DNA of 64,000 bases, from contig NC_088807.1 of assembly GCF_011386835.1 (NCBI RefSeq), positions 26,722,001-26,786,000 of the forward strand, read 5' to 3'. The notes beneath the pieces are model-generated. The model had not been told where the DNA came from, did no database searches, and was given only the letters and a program-made list of their open reading frames with translations. The translations under genes and the position numbers were made by a program. The stretch's first letter is position 1; each line of letters opens with the position of its first letter. Shown in pieces: positions 12,001-24,000 of this stretch. Origin of the DNA: Chrysemys picta bellii (Eukaryota).

Positions 12001-15000
12001 CAGGGAGGGGGAATCTGTTCTCTCTTCATCCCCCCAATGCCCCCCAGGACCCCGAGGGGGAAGCCCAAGAAGGCCACGATCCGGGACAACCAGGACGGCA
12101 CCTACACAGTCTCCTATGTGCCCGACACGACGGGCCGCTACACCATCCTCATCAAATACGGCGGGGACGAGATCCCCTACTCCCCCCTACCGCATCCGGG
12201 CCCTGCCCACCGGCGATGCCAGCAAGTGCACAGTCACTGGTGAGCACCGTGGGAGGCTGGCATGGGGCGGGCGGGGGGGGGCCGCGCCACCCTCACGCTG
12301 GCACACACCACCTGCTTCGGCAGCCACCTCCGGGGCCCACCACTGCGGGAGGTGGGTGGGGGGCTGCCGGGGGGTGTGATCTGTGTCTCACTTGACCTTT
12401 CCTCGCTTCTCTGCCCCGTCACCGTAGTGTCGATTGGAGGTCACGGGCTAGGTAAGCCAGCCGCTGCACCCACCCCCCTCCCTGCATGGCCGCGTGGCCC
12501 GGGGCTGCATGGCTTCAGGAGGGAGGGAGGGATGGGTGACCCCCCTCTCCTGGCAGCAGCACCGCGGGGGCCCTGTGCCCGCCGGCCGTCTCACCCTGCG
12601 CCAGGGCTCTGACACCCGCTCCGCAAGGGGGCTCCTGCGGGAGAAGGGGCCCGGGAGACGCCCCGACGCCGGGATCTGGAGCTGAGCTTTGCGGGCGCCC
12701 CGTGGAGATTCAGACCGGCAGGGCCAGGTTGGAGCTGCCCTCGTCCCCTTGTGGTGCGAAGCGGCTTCCTTTCCCTTCCAACGGCCGCCTCGAGGTGCAT
12801 TCAGACCTCTCTGGCTTTGGATTAAAACTTCCTTTTTCACCGGAAAATGCAGCTCCCTCAACCACTGATTTCTCTCTCTCCCTCCCCCCCCCCCCCCCCG
12901 AAAATCATGTCTGCGAGAGGAAATCCGCTCCTTTGCCTCAGCGCCGGGGTTTTCTGTTTCCCCCGCACGCCCTGGCCCATCTCCGGGCTGAGATCCTGCC
13001 TCGAGGCAGAGCGAGAGTCTGACTCATCTCCGTGGTCGTGCGGGTTTGACCGAGCCGCCCGCGTGGCTCTTAGCAGTCAGGAGGTTCCCTTACCCGGCGT
13101 CCCGCGCAGAGGCCGGGAAACGGGGCTGCTGACGCCCACCCAGGTTTCAAAGTGTCTGCGGAGGTTTGAACCGAAGTTCTTGACTTTACAAACACGCTCC
13201 AGGAGCAGGACTATTGAAAGACACAGATTGATTTTTCTCTGCGGGGAAACTGAGTCAAACCTGTCTCCAAACGGGCGCTTCAGGGGAGAATGAGCTTTGA
13301 GCCGACTGGCAGGAGGGGTTTTCCGGCTGGAGGATGAAGCTTCAGGCTATTTTGAGTTCTGACTGGGTGGCTTTTCGACGAGCCCAGGAGCAGCCTCCGT
13401 TTGCCGAGCTGGAACGAAAGTGTGACCCAGTTCTCCACCAGACAGTGCCCCACCCAATTGCTAACCAAACCGCGTCTCAAGCTGCTTCCCCCCCGGGGTC
13501 GGAGCTCCCCCAACCCCACATGTCGACGGGGCCGTGTCTCCTGCGGGAGGGGGCTCCCTGTCAGGCACCAGGGGCCGTGTCTCTGCGGGAGGGGGCTCCC
13601 TGTCAGGCGCGAGGGGCCGTGTCTCTGGGGGCGCGGTCCCTGTCAGGCGCGAGGGGACGTGTCTCTGGGGGGGTCGGTCCCTATCAGGCGCGAGGGGCCA
13701 CGGTGGCTCTCGGCTTCACTTTGAAACATTCGTTTTTGAGCCCAAACCCAACTTTTGTCCACTTGAAGTTCCAGCTGGAACCAAACCCCCGCTCTGAGCG
13801 AGGTCCCATGGGGCTCTTCCCAACCCCCCCCTTCCCCCCCCCCCCCCCCCGGGCAGGCCCGTCCTGAATGACTTGGGAGGGTCTCTGGCCCCTCAAGGCA
13901 TTGAAGCCCCAGGCTCTCCTGCTGTCGGGTTGCTTGCCAGGGGAGGGGTCGGGTTGGCCAGGGGGCGGGGGGGGGGCTGCTTTGCTTTGCTACTGGGGCT
14001 TTAACTGCCCAGCTTAACGCTCTCCGTCCTGGGGGCCGCATGGCACGAGTTGGCCGGTTCTCAGCCGTTGGGAGGGGGGCAGTGGGGGGAGCAATGGGAT
14101 GGGCCAGGTCTGGGATTGGGGCCCCATCACGCTGGGCGCTGCCAGGGATGGGCAGGGGGCTGTGAACCTGGATGGGGGCCGGACGGGCCTGACAGGGACC
14201 CCAATCTCAGCTGGCTCTGTGCTGCACCCCCAAGTCTGTTTGGGGATCCGTGCCGCTCCTGACCTCGCTTGGTGGGGGGCATCTGCAGGGCTGGGGAGCC
14301 CCACGGCTCCCGGAGGGTCTGTGCAGCGCCTAGTGCGGGGGGCGCCCTGATCGTGGGGGCCGGGTTCCGGCTGAGGACGAAGTTTGAGGCAGGCTGGGGA
14401 TTTCCTTTCCCGGCTGCTGCAGTTGCATGAGGGGGTGGTGGGTGGGGGGGTGTGGCTTGGGCAGATTCTCAATCCCCCCACCCCCCCAGGCGCCGGAATC
14501 GGCCCCACCATCCAGATCGGGGAGGAGACGGTGATCACGGTGGACACCAAGGCAGCGGGCAAAGGGAAGGTGACCTGCACGGTCCTGCACGCCCGACGGC
14601 TCCGAGGTGGACGTGGATGTGGTGGAGAACGAGGATGGCACCTTCGACATCTTCTACACGGCCCCCCAGCCCGGGAAATACGTCATCTGCGTCCGCTTTG
14701 GGGGCGAGCACATCCCCAACAGCCCCTTCCAGGTCCTGGTGAGTGCGCGGGGGAGCCGGGATCCGTCCCCCGTCTAGGCTCGCCTCTCCCCGTCCTGGTG
14801 TCGCAGCCCAGCGGCGTGACACATGACGCTCCAGACAGGCCACGTAGTAACGACAATGCAGCCTATCTCCCCAGACTCAAAACTTGCTCGCACGCTGGAC
14901 TCTGGCTGGGCGCTGTGGGAGCCCCCCCTCCGGGCTGTTCCAGGGCCCATGTAGCATCTGGGGGTAGGCCAGGCCTCCCCAGCTCTCCGTACAGCAACCC

Positions 15001-18000
15001 CCGCCTCACTGCTCTGCCTGGGGGGTGTCTCATGGGTCTTTCGCAGGCCACGGGACCGTCCCCTGATGGGAGTCAATGGCCTGGACGTGGCCGGGCTGCG
15101 GCCGTTTGACCTGGTCATTCCGTTCACCATCAAGAAGGGGGAGATCACGGGTAAGTCTGGGGAGCTGGTGCTGTGGGGCCGCGTCCCCTGGAGGCGGCAA
15201 TTTGACATCCAACAGACTCTCCCCCTCGCTGGCAGCTGGTTCCCCCCGCCCCACTCGGGGTCCCCTAGAACAGGGGAGACCCTAATATAGCCAGAGCAGC
15301 CCTTTGGGCCCATTAACCCTGGCGTCCGGCCTGGTAATCCCTTCCCCTCTGGCCCAGCATCCGGCCTGGTTGTCCCGTGCCCCCCTGGGATCGCCCCCAT
15401 GGGCCCCTCTGGGCCTGGCATCCTGTGTGACAGATTCCCCCCCAGGGTGCCACTTGGATCTGGGGTACCACTGAGCCCCCCGACCCACCAGCCTGGGCTC
15501 CCCCTCTCACTGGGGTGCTGTGATAAGTTCCCACACTCAGACACAGGTAGGGACAACCCCAGCTGCGGCTTCACACACACGCTGAGATCAGCTCTGCCTG
15601 GGGAGAGCTGCCCAGTTACTCAAGTGCCGCCCGCCCCCCGGACTGTGACCCCCAGCTGGGATTGTCGGGCGCTGCCCTGGGATCGGCCCAAGGTCAGCTC
15701 GAGACATTCCTCCCCCCCCCCCGCGCGATGTGGAGGGGGATCTGCCCGGCTTTCGGCCCCCAGGTCTGATCTCCACACACTGGCCTTAGACAAAACCAGC
15801 CCGAGAGAGAGTCCAGAAGTGATGCTAAGGGAGAGCGGCAGATGGAAGCGGCTCACCCAGCAAATAAACAGCCCCCAAACGGAGCGTCGCCCCCTCCCTG
15901 GGGTGTCAATCGGCCAGTCCTCCCCCCGGCGCGACGGACAGGCCGGCTGGGGGCTCGCGGCACAAGCTGCCTCGGCTTTCCCAGGAGAAAAATCCCTTCG
16001 CCTCGGACCAGCGTGTCCCCCGTTCAGTCCTTGCCCCTCCAGTGTTTCCGTGTGTCGTTGCAGGGGAGAGTGAGGGCCCCTCTGATGTCATCGTCCCCCT
16101 TTTCTAGCTTCTCCCCACTTGCTGGAAAGCTCTTACCTGGGCCCCACACTTCCTATGGGGTTGGGCTGTCTCGGTCCCTGGGGTGACCCTGGGGCGTGTG
16201 TGCGTTTCCCCAATGAGCCACGGCCTTTTCACTGTCCTCCCTGACAGGCTGCTTGTCGGGAGGTTGAAAACACCCCCCCCTACACACCCACACATTTCAG
16301 TAACGCCCCCCCACACCCACATTTCAGTAACGCGCACACACACACACCCCGCGCACACACCCCCACACACACACGATCCAACGAGCTGTCGCAGCCGAGC
16401 AGATCAAGACATTGAGAACGGCCCCTCCTCAGGCACACTGTGCACAAAACATGCGAATTCCGGGGGTGGGTGACTACTGGGGTATCACATCCAGTCTCCA
16501 GTGGGGCTGCGTTGCAGGGGGAGGGGATCACCCTGCCCCCCCCCCCCCCTTTCCGGGCTCAAGGCCTATATAACCAGCCCAGAGGGGCCATGTCTCCCTG
16601 GCAGGGGAGTGGCCATGGGCCAGGATTGACAACCTCCCTTGCCCGCGCTCTGCCCCCAGGCGAGGTCCGGATGCCCTCGGGGAAGGTGGCCAAGCCCGAC
16701 ATCACAGACAACAAGGACGGGACCGTGACGGTGAGATTCGCGCCCACGGAGGCCGGGCTGCACGAGATGGACATCCGCTGTGACAGCCTGCACATCCCAG
16801 GTGCGGGGGGGGGGCACGTCCCAGGTGCTGCGGGGGGGGCCACGTCCCAGCTGCCTCAGGGAGCAGTGCGGGGGCCGTGGCTGGGGGAAGGGCCAATGCA
16901 GGCTCTGACACACACCCCCCACCCCGTGCCCCCCCAGGGAGCCCCCTGCAGTTCTACGTGGACTACGTCAACAGTGGGGCACGTCACGGCCTATGGCCCA
17001 GGGCTGATCCACGGCGTGGTCAACAAGCCGGCCACCTTCACTGTCAACACCAAGGACGCCGGCGAAGGTGAGGCCGGATGCCTGGGTTCCCTCCCCAGCT
17101 TGGGGTGGGGTGGGGTCTGGTGGTTAGAGCCGGGGGGGCTGGGAGGCCCTGACCTGTCAGTTCCCATGATGGTGCCGGGTTGGGGCTGGGAGCGGGGGGC
17201 TGGGCCACGCTGACCCCTCCCCCCTGCAGGTGGGCTGTCCCTGGCAGTTGAGGGCCCCTCCAAGGCCGAGATCAGCTGCACCGACAACCAGGACGGCACC
17301 TGCAGCGTCTCCTACCTGCCCGTGCTGCCCGGCGACTACAGCATCGTGGTGAAATACAACGAGAAGCACATCGCGGGCAGCCCCTTCACCGCCCGGATCA
17401 CCGGTCAGCAGGGGCTCCCTGGGGGGCGGGTCTGGGGGCGGCTCCCCGTGGGGGGTCTGGGGGGCGGCTCCCTGGGGCGGGGCTGGGGGTGGGTCCACGG
17501 GAGGGGGGCTGGGGGAATGGCTTTCTCTCCTGGGCTGCGGAGGGACTGGGGGGGAACAGGCTGGCGTTGGGGGGCAGGATGGAGGGAGGGAGGGGTGGGG
17601 TGGACGGAGGGGTTGGGGGGGGTGGATGCTGGGGCTGGGGGGTCCCCTCGGCTCATGCCCCCCAACCCCGACCCCAGGCGACGACACACTGCGAATGTCC
17701 CAGCTGAAAGTCGGCTCCTCGGCCGACATCCCCCTGGACATCGCGGAGACGGATCTGAGCCAGCTGACAGCGACTGTCACCCCCCCCATCAGGGCGCGAG
17801 GAGCCCTGCCAGCTCAAACGCCTGCGCAACGGCCCACGTGGGTGAGTCCCGCCCCCTCCCCGCGGAGCCAGTGCCCCCCGGCTCTGCCGGTGCCCCTCAC
17901 TCCTGCCCTGCCCAGCCCTGCGCTCCCCCCAGCCCTGCCGGTGCCCCTCACTCCCGACCCGCAGCCCCTGCTAGCCCAGCCCTGCCCCCCCCAGCCCCGC

Positions 18001-21000
18001 CGGTGCCCCTCACTCCCGACCCGCAGCCCCTGCTAGCCCAGCCCTGCTCTCCCCCCGAGCCAGTGCCCCCCAGCTCTGCCGATGCCCCTCACTCCTGACC
18101 TGCAGCCCCTGCTAGCCCAGCCCTGCTCTCCCCCCGAGCCAGTGCTCCCCAGCCCTGCCGGTGCCCCTCACTCCTGCCCTGCAGCCCCTGCTAGCCTAGC
18201 CCAGCCCTGCACTCCCCCCAGCCCTGCCCCCCCCTCCGAGCCAGTGCCCCCCAAGCCTGTCGGTGCCCCCTCACTCCCGACTTCCCCCAGGCATCTCGTT
18301 CGTGCCCAAGGAGGTGGGCGAGCACCTGGTGAACATCAAGCGGAACGGGCAACACATCCCCAACAGCCCCATCACGGTGACCATCAGCCAGTCAGAGATC
18401 GGTGACGCCAGCCGGGTCCGCGTCTCGGGGCCTGGCCTCAGTGAGGGGCGCACCTTCGAGCCGGCTGAGTTCCTCATCGACACCCGGGACGCAGGTGCGG
18501 CCGCAGGACGCCTGGGTTCTCTCCCAGCTCTGGAAGCAGAGGGGGGTCTGATGGGTTAGAACCGGGGGGCTGGGAGCCAGGACTCCTGGGTTCTTTTTAG
18601 CTGACCGATCTGAGGAACTGTCCCAGATTGAGGTGTCATTAGAGGAGGTTTTGGAACAAATTGATCAATTAAACAGCAATAAGTCACCAGGACCAGATGG
18701 GATTCACCCAAGAGTTCTGAAGGAACTTACAAACCACAGTTAGTAGTTCTGCAACTTATCATTTAAATCCGCTTCTGTACCAGATGACTGGAGGGAGAGC
18801 TACGGTGACGCCAATTTTTAAAATGGGCTCCAGAGGTGACCCCGGCAATTACAGGCCTGTAAGCCTGACTTCAGTACTGGGCAAATTGGTTGAAACTATA
18901 GTAGAGAACAAAATTGTCAGTTAGATGAACATAATTTGTTGGTTTCAGAGTAGCAGCCGTGTTAGTCTGTATCCGCAAAAAGGTGCCACAAGTACTCCTG
19001 TTCTTCTATAATTTGTTGGGGGAAGAGTCAACAATGTTTTAGTAAAGGGAAATCGTACCTCACCAATCTACTAGAATTCTTTTGATGGGGTCAACAAGCA
19101 TGTGGACAAGGGGGATCCAGTGGCTATAATGTACTCACCAAAGGCTCTTACGCAAAGTAAGCTGCCAGGGGATAAGAGGGAAGATCCCCTCATAGATCGG
19201 TAACTGGTTAAAAGACAGGACACAAAGGGTAGGAATAAATGGTCAGTTTTCAGAATGGAGCGAGGTATATAGGGGTGTCCCCCAGGGATCTGTACTGAGC
19301 CTAGTTCTATTCAACATACTGATAAATGATCTAGAAAAAGGGGTAAATAGTGAGGTGGCAAAATTTGCAGATGATACAAAATTACTAAAGATAGTTAAGA
19401 CCCAGGCAGACTGCCAAGTGATACAAAAGGCTCTCACAAAACTGGGTGACTGGGCAACAAAATGGCAGATGAAATTTAATGTTGATAAATGCAAAGTAAT
19501 GCACATTGGAAAACATAATCCTAACTATACGTATAAAACGATGGGGTCTAAATTAACTGTTACGACTCAAGGAAGAGATCTTGGGGTCATTGTGGATAGT
19601 TCTCTGAAAACATCCACTCAATGTGCAGCAGCAGTCAAAAAAGCGAACAGAATACTGGGAATCATTAAGAAAGGGATAGATAATTGGACAGAAAATATCC
19701 TGTTGCCTCTATATAAATCCATGGTACGTTCACATCTTGAATACTGCGTGCAGATGTGGTCGCCCCATCTCAAAAAAGATCTATTGGAATTGGAGAAGGT
19801 TCAGAAAAGGGCAACAAAAATGATTAGGGGTCTGGAACGGCTTCAATATGAGGAGAGATTAAGAAGATTGGCACTTTTCAGCTTGGAAAAGAGACAGCTA
19901 AGGGGAGATACTAGGGGTCACCAAATGAAATTAATAGGCAGCAGGTTTAAAACAAATAAAAGGAAGTATTTCTTCACACAACGCACAGTCAACCTGTGGA
20001 ACTACTTGCCAGATGATGTTGTGAAGGGCAAGACTATAACAGGGTTCAATGAAGAACTAGATAAGTTCATGGAGGACAGGTCCATCAATGGCTATTAGCC
20101 AGGACGGGCAGGGATGGTGTCCCTAGCCCCTGTTTGCCAGAAGCTGGGAATGGGCGACAGGAGATGGATCACTTGATGATTCCCTGTTCTGTTCATTCCC
20201 TCTGGGGCACCTGGCATTGGCCACTGTCGGCAGACAGGATACTGGGCTAGATGGACCTTTAGTCTGATCCAGTAGGGCCGTTCTTATGTTCTCTCCTTGC
20301 TCTAGGAGGAATGGGGTCTGGTGGGTTAGAGCCAGGACTCCTAGGTTCTCTGCGAGGGGGGGGGGTGCTTGGAAGGCCTGCAGCCCCCCCACTTCCTCCT
20401 GTGCCCCCAGGCTATGGTGGGCTCAGCTTGTCCATCGAGGGCCCCAGCAAGGTGGACATAAACACGGAAGACCTGGAGGACGGGACCTGCCGCGTTACCT
20501 ACTGCCCCACGGAGCCGGGCAACTACATCATCTCCATCAAATTTGCTGACCAGCATGTGCCAGGTGGGGGGCCCAGCGCGGAGCTGGGGGCCCGGGCTAT
20601 GCCCCCGGGGGGCCTGTCCCTGCAGGGCACTCGGCCGGCATGGGGGGCCACGCTATCTTCCCCAGCGCTACGTGGTCAGAGCAACCCCTGGGGTGGGGAG
20701 TCCAGGGGCCGTTAGGCCATGTGGGGGGCGTGGGTGACCCCAGGAAGTGCTGTGGGGCCCTGTCTGTGGCCGCCCAGCCCTGCTGACACCCTCCCCCCCA
20801 CAGGGAGCCCCTTCTCGGTGAAGGTGACAGGCGAGGGGCGGGTGAAGGAGAGCATCACCCGGCGACGCCGCGCCCCCCCTGTGGCCAACGTGGGCAGTGC
20901 CTGCGACCTCAGCCTCAAGATCCCAGGTGAGCTGGGGCAGGGGGCTTGGGGGCAGGAGGGGGCTTGTGTTTGGGGGCGAGGGCTCTGGGCGGCCGGCTGG

Positions 21001-24000
21001 GAGATCATGTGGTGGCTGGTGGGGGGCACTATGGGGCATCTGACCCCCTTCTCCCTCCAGAGATCAGCCTGGCGGACATGACGGCCCAGGTGACGGGCCC
21101 CTCAGGGCAGCGGCTGGCGGCCGAGGTGCTGGAGGCAGAGAACAGCACCTATTGCGTCCGGTTCGTGCCCGCCGAGACAGGAGTGCACTCAGTCAGCGTC
21201 AAGTACAAGGGGCAGCACGTTCCCGGCAGCCCCTTCCAGTTCACCGTCGGGCCGCTGGGAGAGGGCGGTGCCCACAAGGTGCGGGCGGGGGGCCCTGGCC
21301 TGGAGCGGGCCGAGGCCGGCGTGCCAGGTAAGCGGGTGCTGGAGGCTGTTGGGGGGTGAGGGAGGGAGGGACCTGCACAGCAGCCTGGGTAACAGCGTCT
21401 CTCCCCCCCCCCCCCAGCCGAGTTCAGCATCTGGACGCGGGAGGCGGGCGCCGGGGGTCTCTCCATCGCTGTCGAGGGGCCCAGCAAGGCCGAGATTGCC
21501 TTCGAGGACAGAAAAGACGGGTCCTGCGGCGTGGCCTACATCGTCCAGGAGCCCGGTACGGACAGGGGCCTACGGGGCGGCTGGGCCAGCCCTGATGTCG
21601 ACCTAGGGGGCCAAGAACCCCCCCGTTGACTATGCGGGGGGGGCTGGCTGAGGACTGGCAGTGGGGCTGGGGCAGTGCTAACCCCCCTCTCCCCCCAGGT
21701 GGCTACGAGGTTGGCTGGGGGCCTAGGAATGGGGCTGGGGAGCTGGCAGGGGACAGACCGTGGGGCTGGGGGTCGGCTGGGGTGCGGGCCGTGGGACTGG
21801 GGGACTGGCAGGGGGCCTGGGAGTGGGGCTGGGGGCCAGCCATGGGGCGGCGCTAACACCCCTCTCCCCCAGGTGACTACGAGGTGTCGGTGAAATTCAA
21901 CGAGGAGCACGTTCCCGAAAGCCCCTTCGTGGTGCCGGCGGCGGCCCCCTGCCATGACGCCCGGCGCCTGACTGTTACCAGCCTTCAGGTGAGGCCCCAG
22001 AGAAACCGCCGGGCCCCCGCCCTCCTGCTGCCGGCACGGGCCTGGGGCGGCTGCTGGGGAGTGAGACGTCCTGGGGTCCCGGCTGAGTCGCTCCTGCCGG
22101 GGGGCAGCCCCCCGGCCGCACCTCGATCCTCGACATCCACAGAGCTAGCAGGCCCCACGGCTCGCCCTGCACGATCCCCGGGGCAGGCCCCCTCGAGCTG
22201 GGAGGTGAATGGCTGGTTGGACCCGCCCCTGTGTGCTGAGTGTGTGCCCTTGTTAGGGGCGTGACCCACAGCACGCAGGGACGGGGGACTGCTGGCTGTT
22301 CCCGGGGGGAGGCTTGGCAGGTCTTGTCACCACAGGCTTGTCTGCCCCTGCCCCTGCCCCCACCCCCTCTGCCCCATGGCGCAGACGGGAATGTAGCTGG
22401 CTGTGCCCCCCCCTGCCCCACGGCCGTGTCCCCCTAGCATGACCAGCTCCAGAGCAGCCGTCAGCTCCTGTCCCGGGACGGAGACTCCAGCCACGCCAAA
22501 GGGCCACGTGTGTCACTCCCCGAATCCCAGTCTCCAGCTCGTCCTGCCCCCCCCGGGGCCCCCTGGCAGCTTGTCCTCTCAATACAGCAGGCCAGGCCTT
22601 TGATCTTCCCTGGTAAAACAGCCCCCCCACCTTCTTGGGGTACCCCAACCTCTCCCATGGGCGAGGGGCTTGCAGTGAGCTTCCGGTGACCGCAGCCCCT
22701 CGGGACAGAGCTTCCCCCCCCCCCCCCCCCCGACGTGCTGCCCACTCCCGTGTCTCCTCCCATGTAACGCCCCACACACACACCGTGAGGCGAGGGGGGG
22801 ATGGGCTGTAGGGGGGCATGGGGAGGGAGCAGAGCCCCCAGCTGGGGCTGTAACCTGTCTGCCCCCCTCTGGCATCAGGAGGAAGCAGTGGGGCCCAGGG
22901 CTGGGGGGTAGCGCAGCCGCCGGGGGGAGGAGGGTGGGATCCTGTGCCGGCCCAGGACAGCAGGGTGCCCCCCAAACCGCCCCGGGGCGCCGCGGTTTTC
23001 TCTTGTGTCTCTTTTAAAGGCTCTTAACAGACCCCGACGACGCCCGGGTCAGGTACTGCTTAAAGAGAGAGAGCTGCCCCCATCCCACCCCACCCTGCCC
23101 CCCACCCTACACTGCCACCAGGCCCGTGCCGTGGGCTGCTGGGACCCATAGCCTGCGGCTGCCCCTCAGGCCCGGCCCGCCAGCCCGCGCTCCCAGCTCT
23201 CCCTCTTTAAGCAGCCAGGCTCAGGAAGGTAAGTGACGCAGCTGGGGTGAGGGACCCCCTGGTCTCCCCCCGGCCCCCCGCCCCACCCCCGGGCCCCGCT
23301 AACGCTCTGCTGTGCCTCCAGGAGTCAGGGCTCAAGGCCAACCAGCCGGCTTCCTTTGCAGTCAGCCTGAACGGCGCCAAGGGGGCGCTGGACGCCAAAG
23401 TGCACAGCCCCTCGGGCGCGCTGGAGGAATGTCACGTCACCGAGATCGACGAAGGTGAGGCCGCCCCACGGAGCGGGGCCTGGACCCCAGATGGGGTGGG
23501 CAGGGGGCAGAGAACCCAGGAGTCCTGGCTCCCAGCCCCCCCACCCCCTCCAACCCACTCACCCCCACTCCCCTCCTAGAGCCAGGAGAGAACCCAGGAG
23601 TCTGGGCTCCCAGCCCCCCTGCTCTAACCACCAGCCCCCACTCCCCTCCCAGAGCCAGGAGTGAACCCAGGAGTCCTGGCTCCCAGCCCCCCTGCTCTAA
23701 CCACCAGCCCCCACTCCCCTCCCAGAGCCAGGAGAGAACCCAGGAGTCCGGGCTCCTAGCTCCACACCCTACCGCCTCAAATTGCTGGTCCCTCCCCATT
23801 GAGCAAGCTGCCACTCTTGCCCCAGGGCTGCTGGGGGGCAGGACCCCAATGCTGCCCCTCCTCTAATGCTGCCCCTACCCCCAGATAAATACGCCGTGCG
23901 CTTCATCCCGCGGAGAATGGCGTCTACTCCATCGATGTCAAGTTCAACAGCGCCCACATCCCCGGCAGCCCCTTCAAGATACGCGTCGGGGAGCCGGGCC

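Noticed and set aside
12540-13900. Non-repetitive, CpG-containing segment of FLNA intron 30 as a hidden gene or TE
   Set aside because: The ORFs have no recognisable domains, and there are no TIRs, LTR ends or TSD. It may be regulatory, but nothing specific can be supported from sequence alone.
16564-16575. CCTATATAAC in FLNA intron 33 as a CArG box or internal TATA
   Set aside because: It does not fit CC(A/T)6GG, and there is no supporting initiator or exon evidence.
19355-20098. 247-aa reverse-transcriptase ORF as an active or domesticated gene
   Set aside because: It is a fragment of a 5'-truncated CR1 with upstream stops, a nested insertion and an internal deletion.
2194-23915. About 15 single-base indels in FLNA exons (e.g. 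near 2196, 2653, 5722, 7389, 7430, 7842, 9878, 11550, 12058, 12185, 14584, 15052, 16978, 17785, 17834, 23911) suggesting a pseudogene or programmed frameshifting
   Set aside because: Nearly all sit in G/C homopolymer or short runs, splice sites and codons are otherwise conserved, there are no nonsense substitutions, and FLNA is essential. This is the typical long-read consensus error pattern; short-read polishing would confirm.
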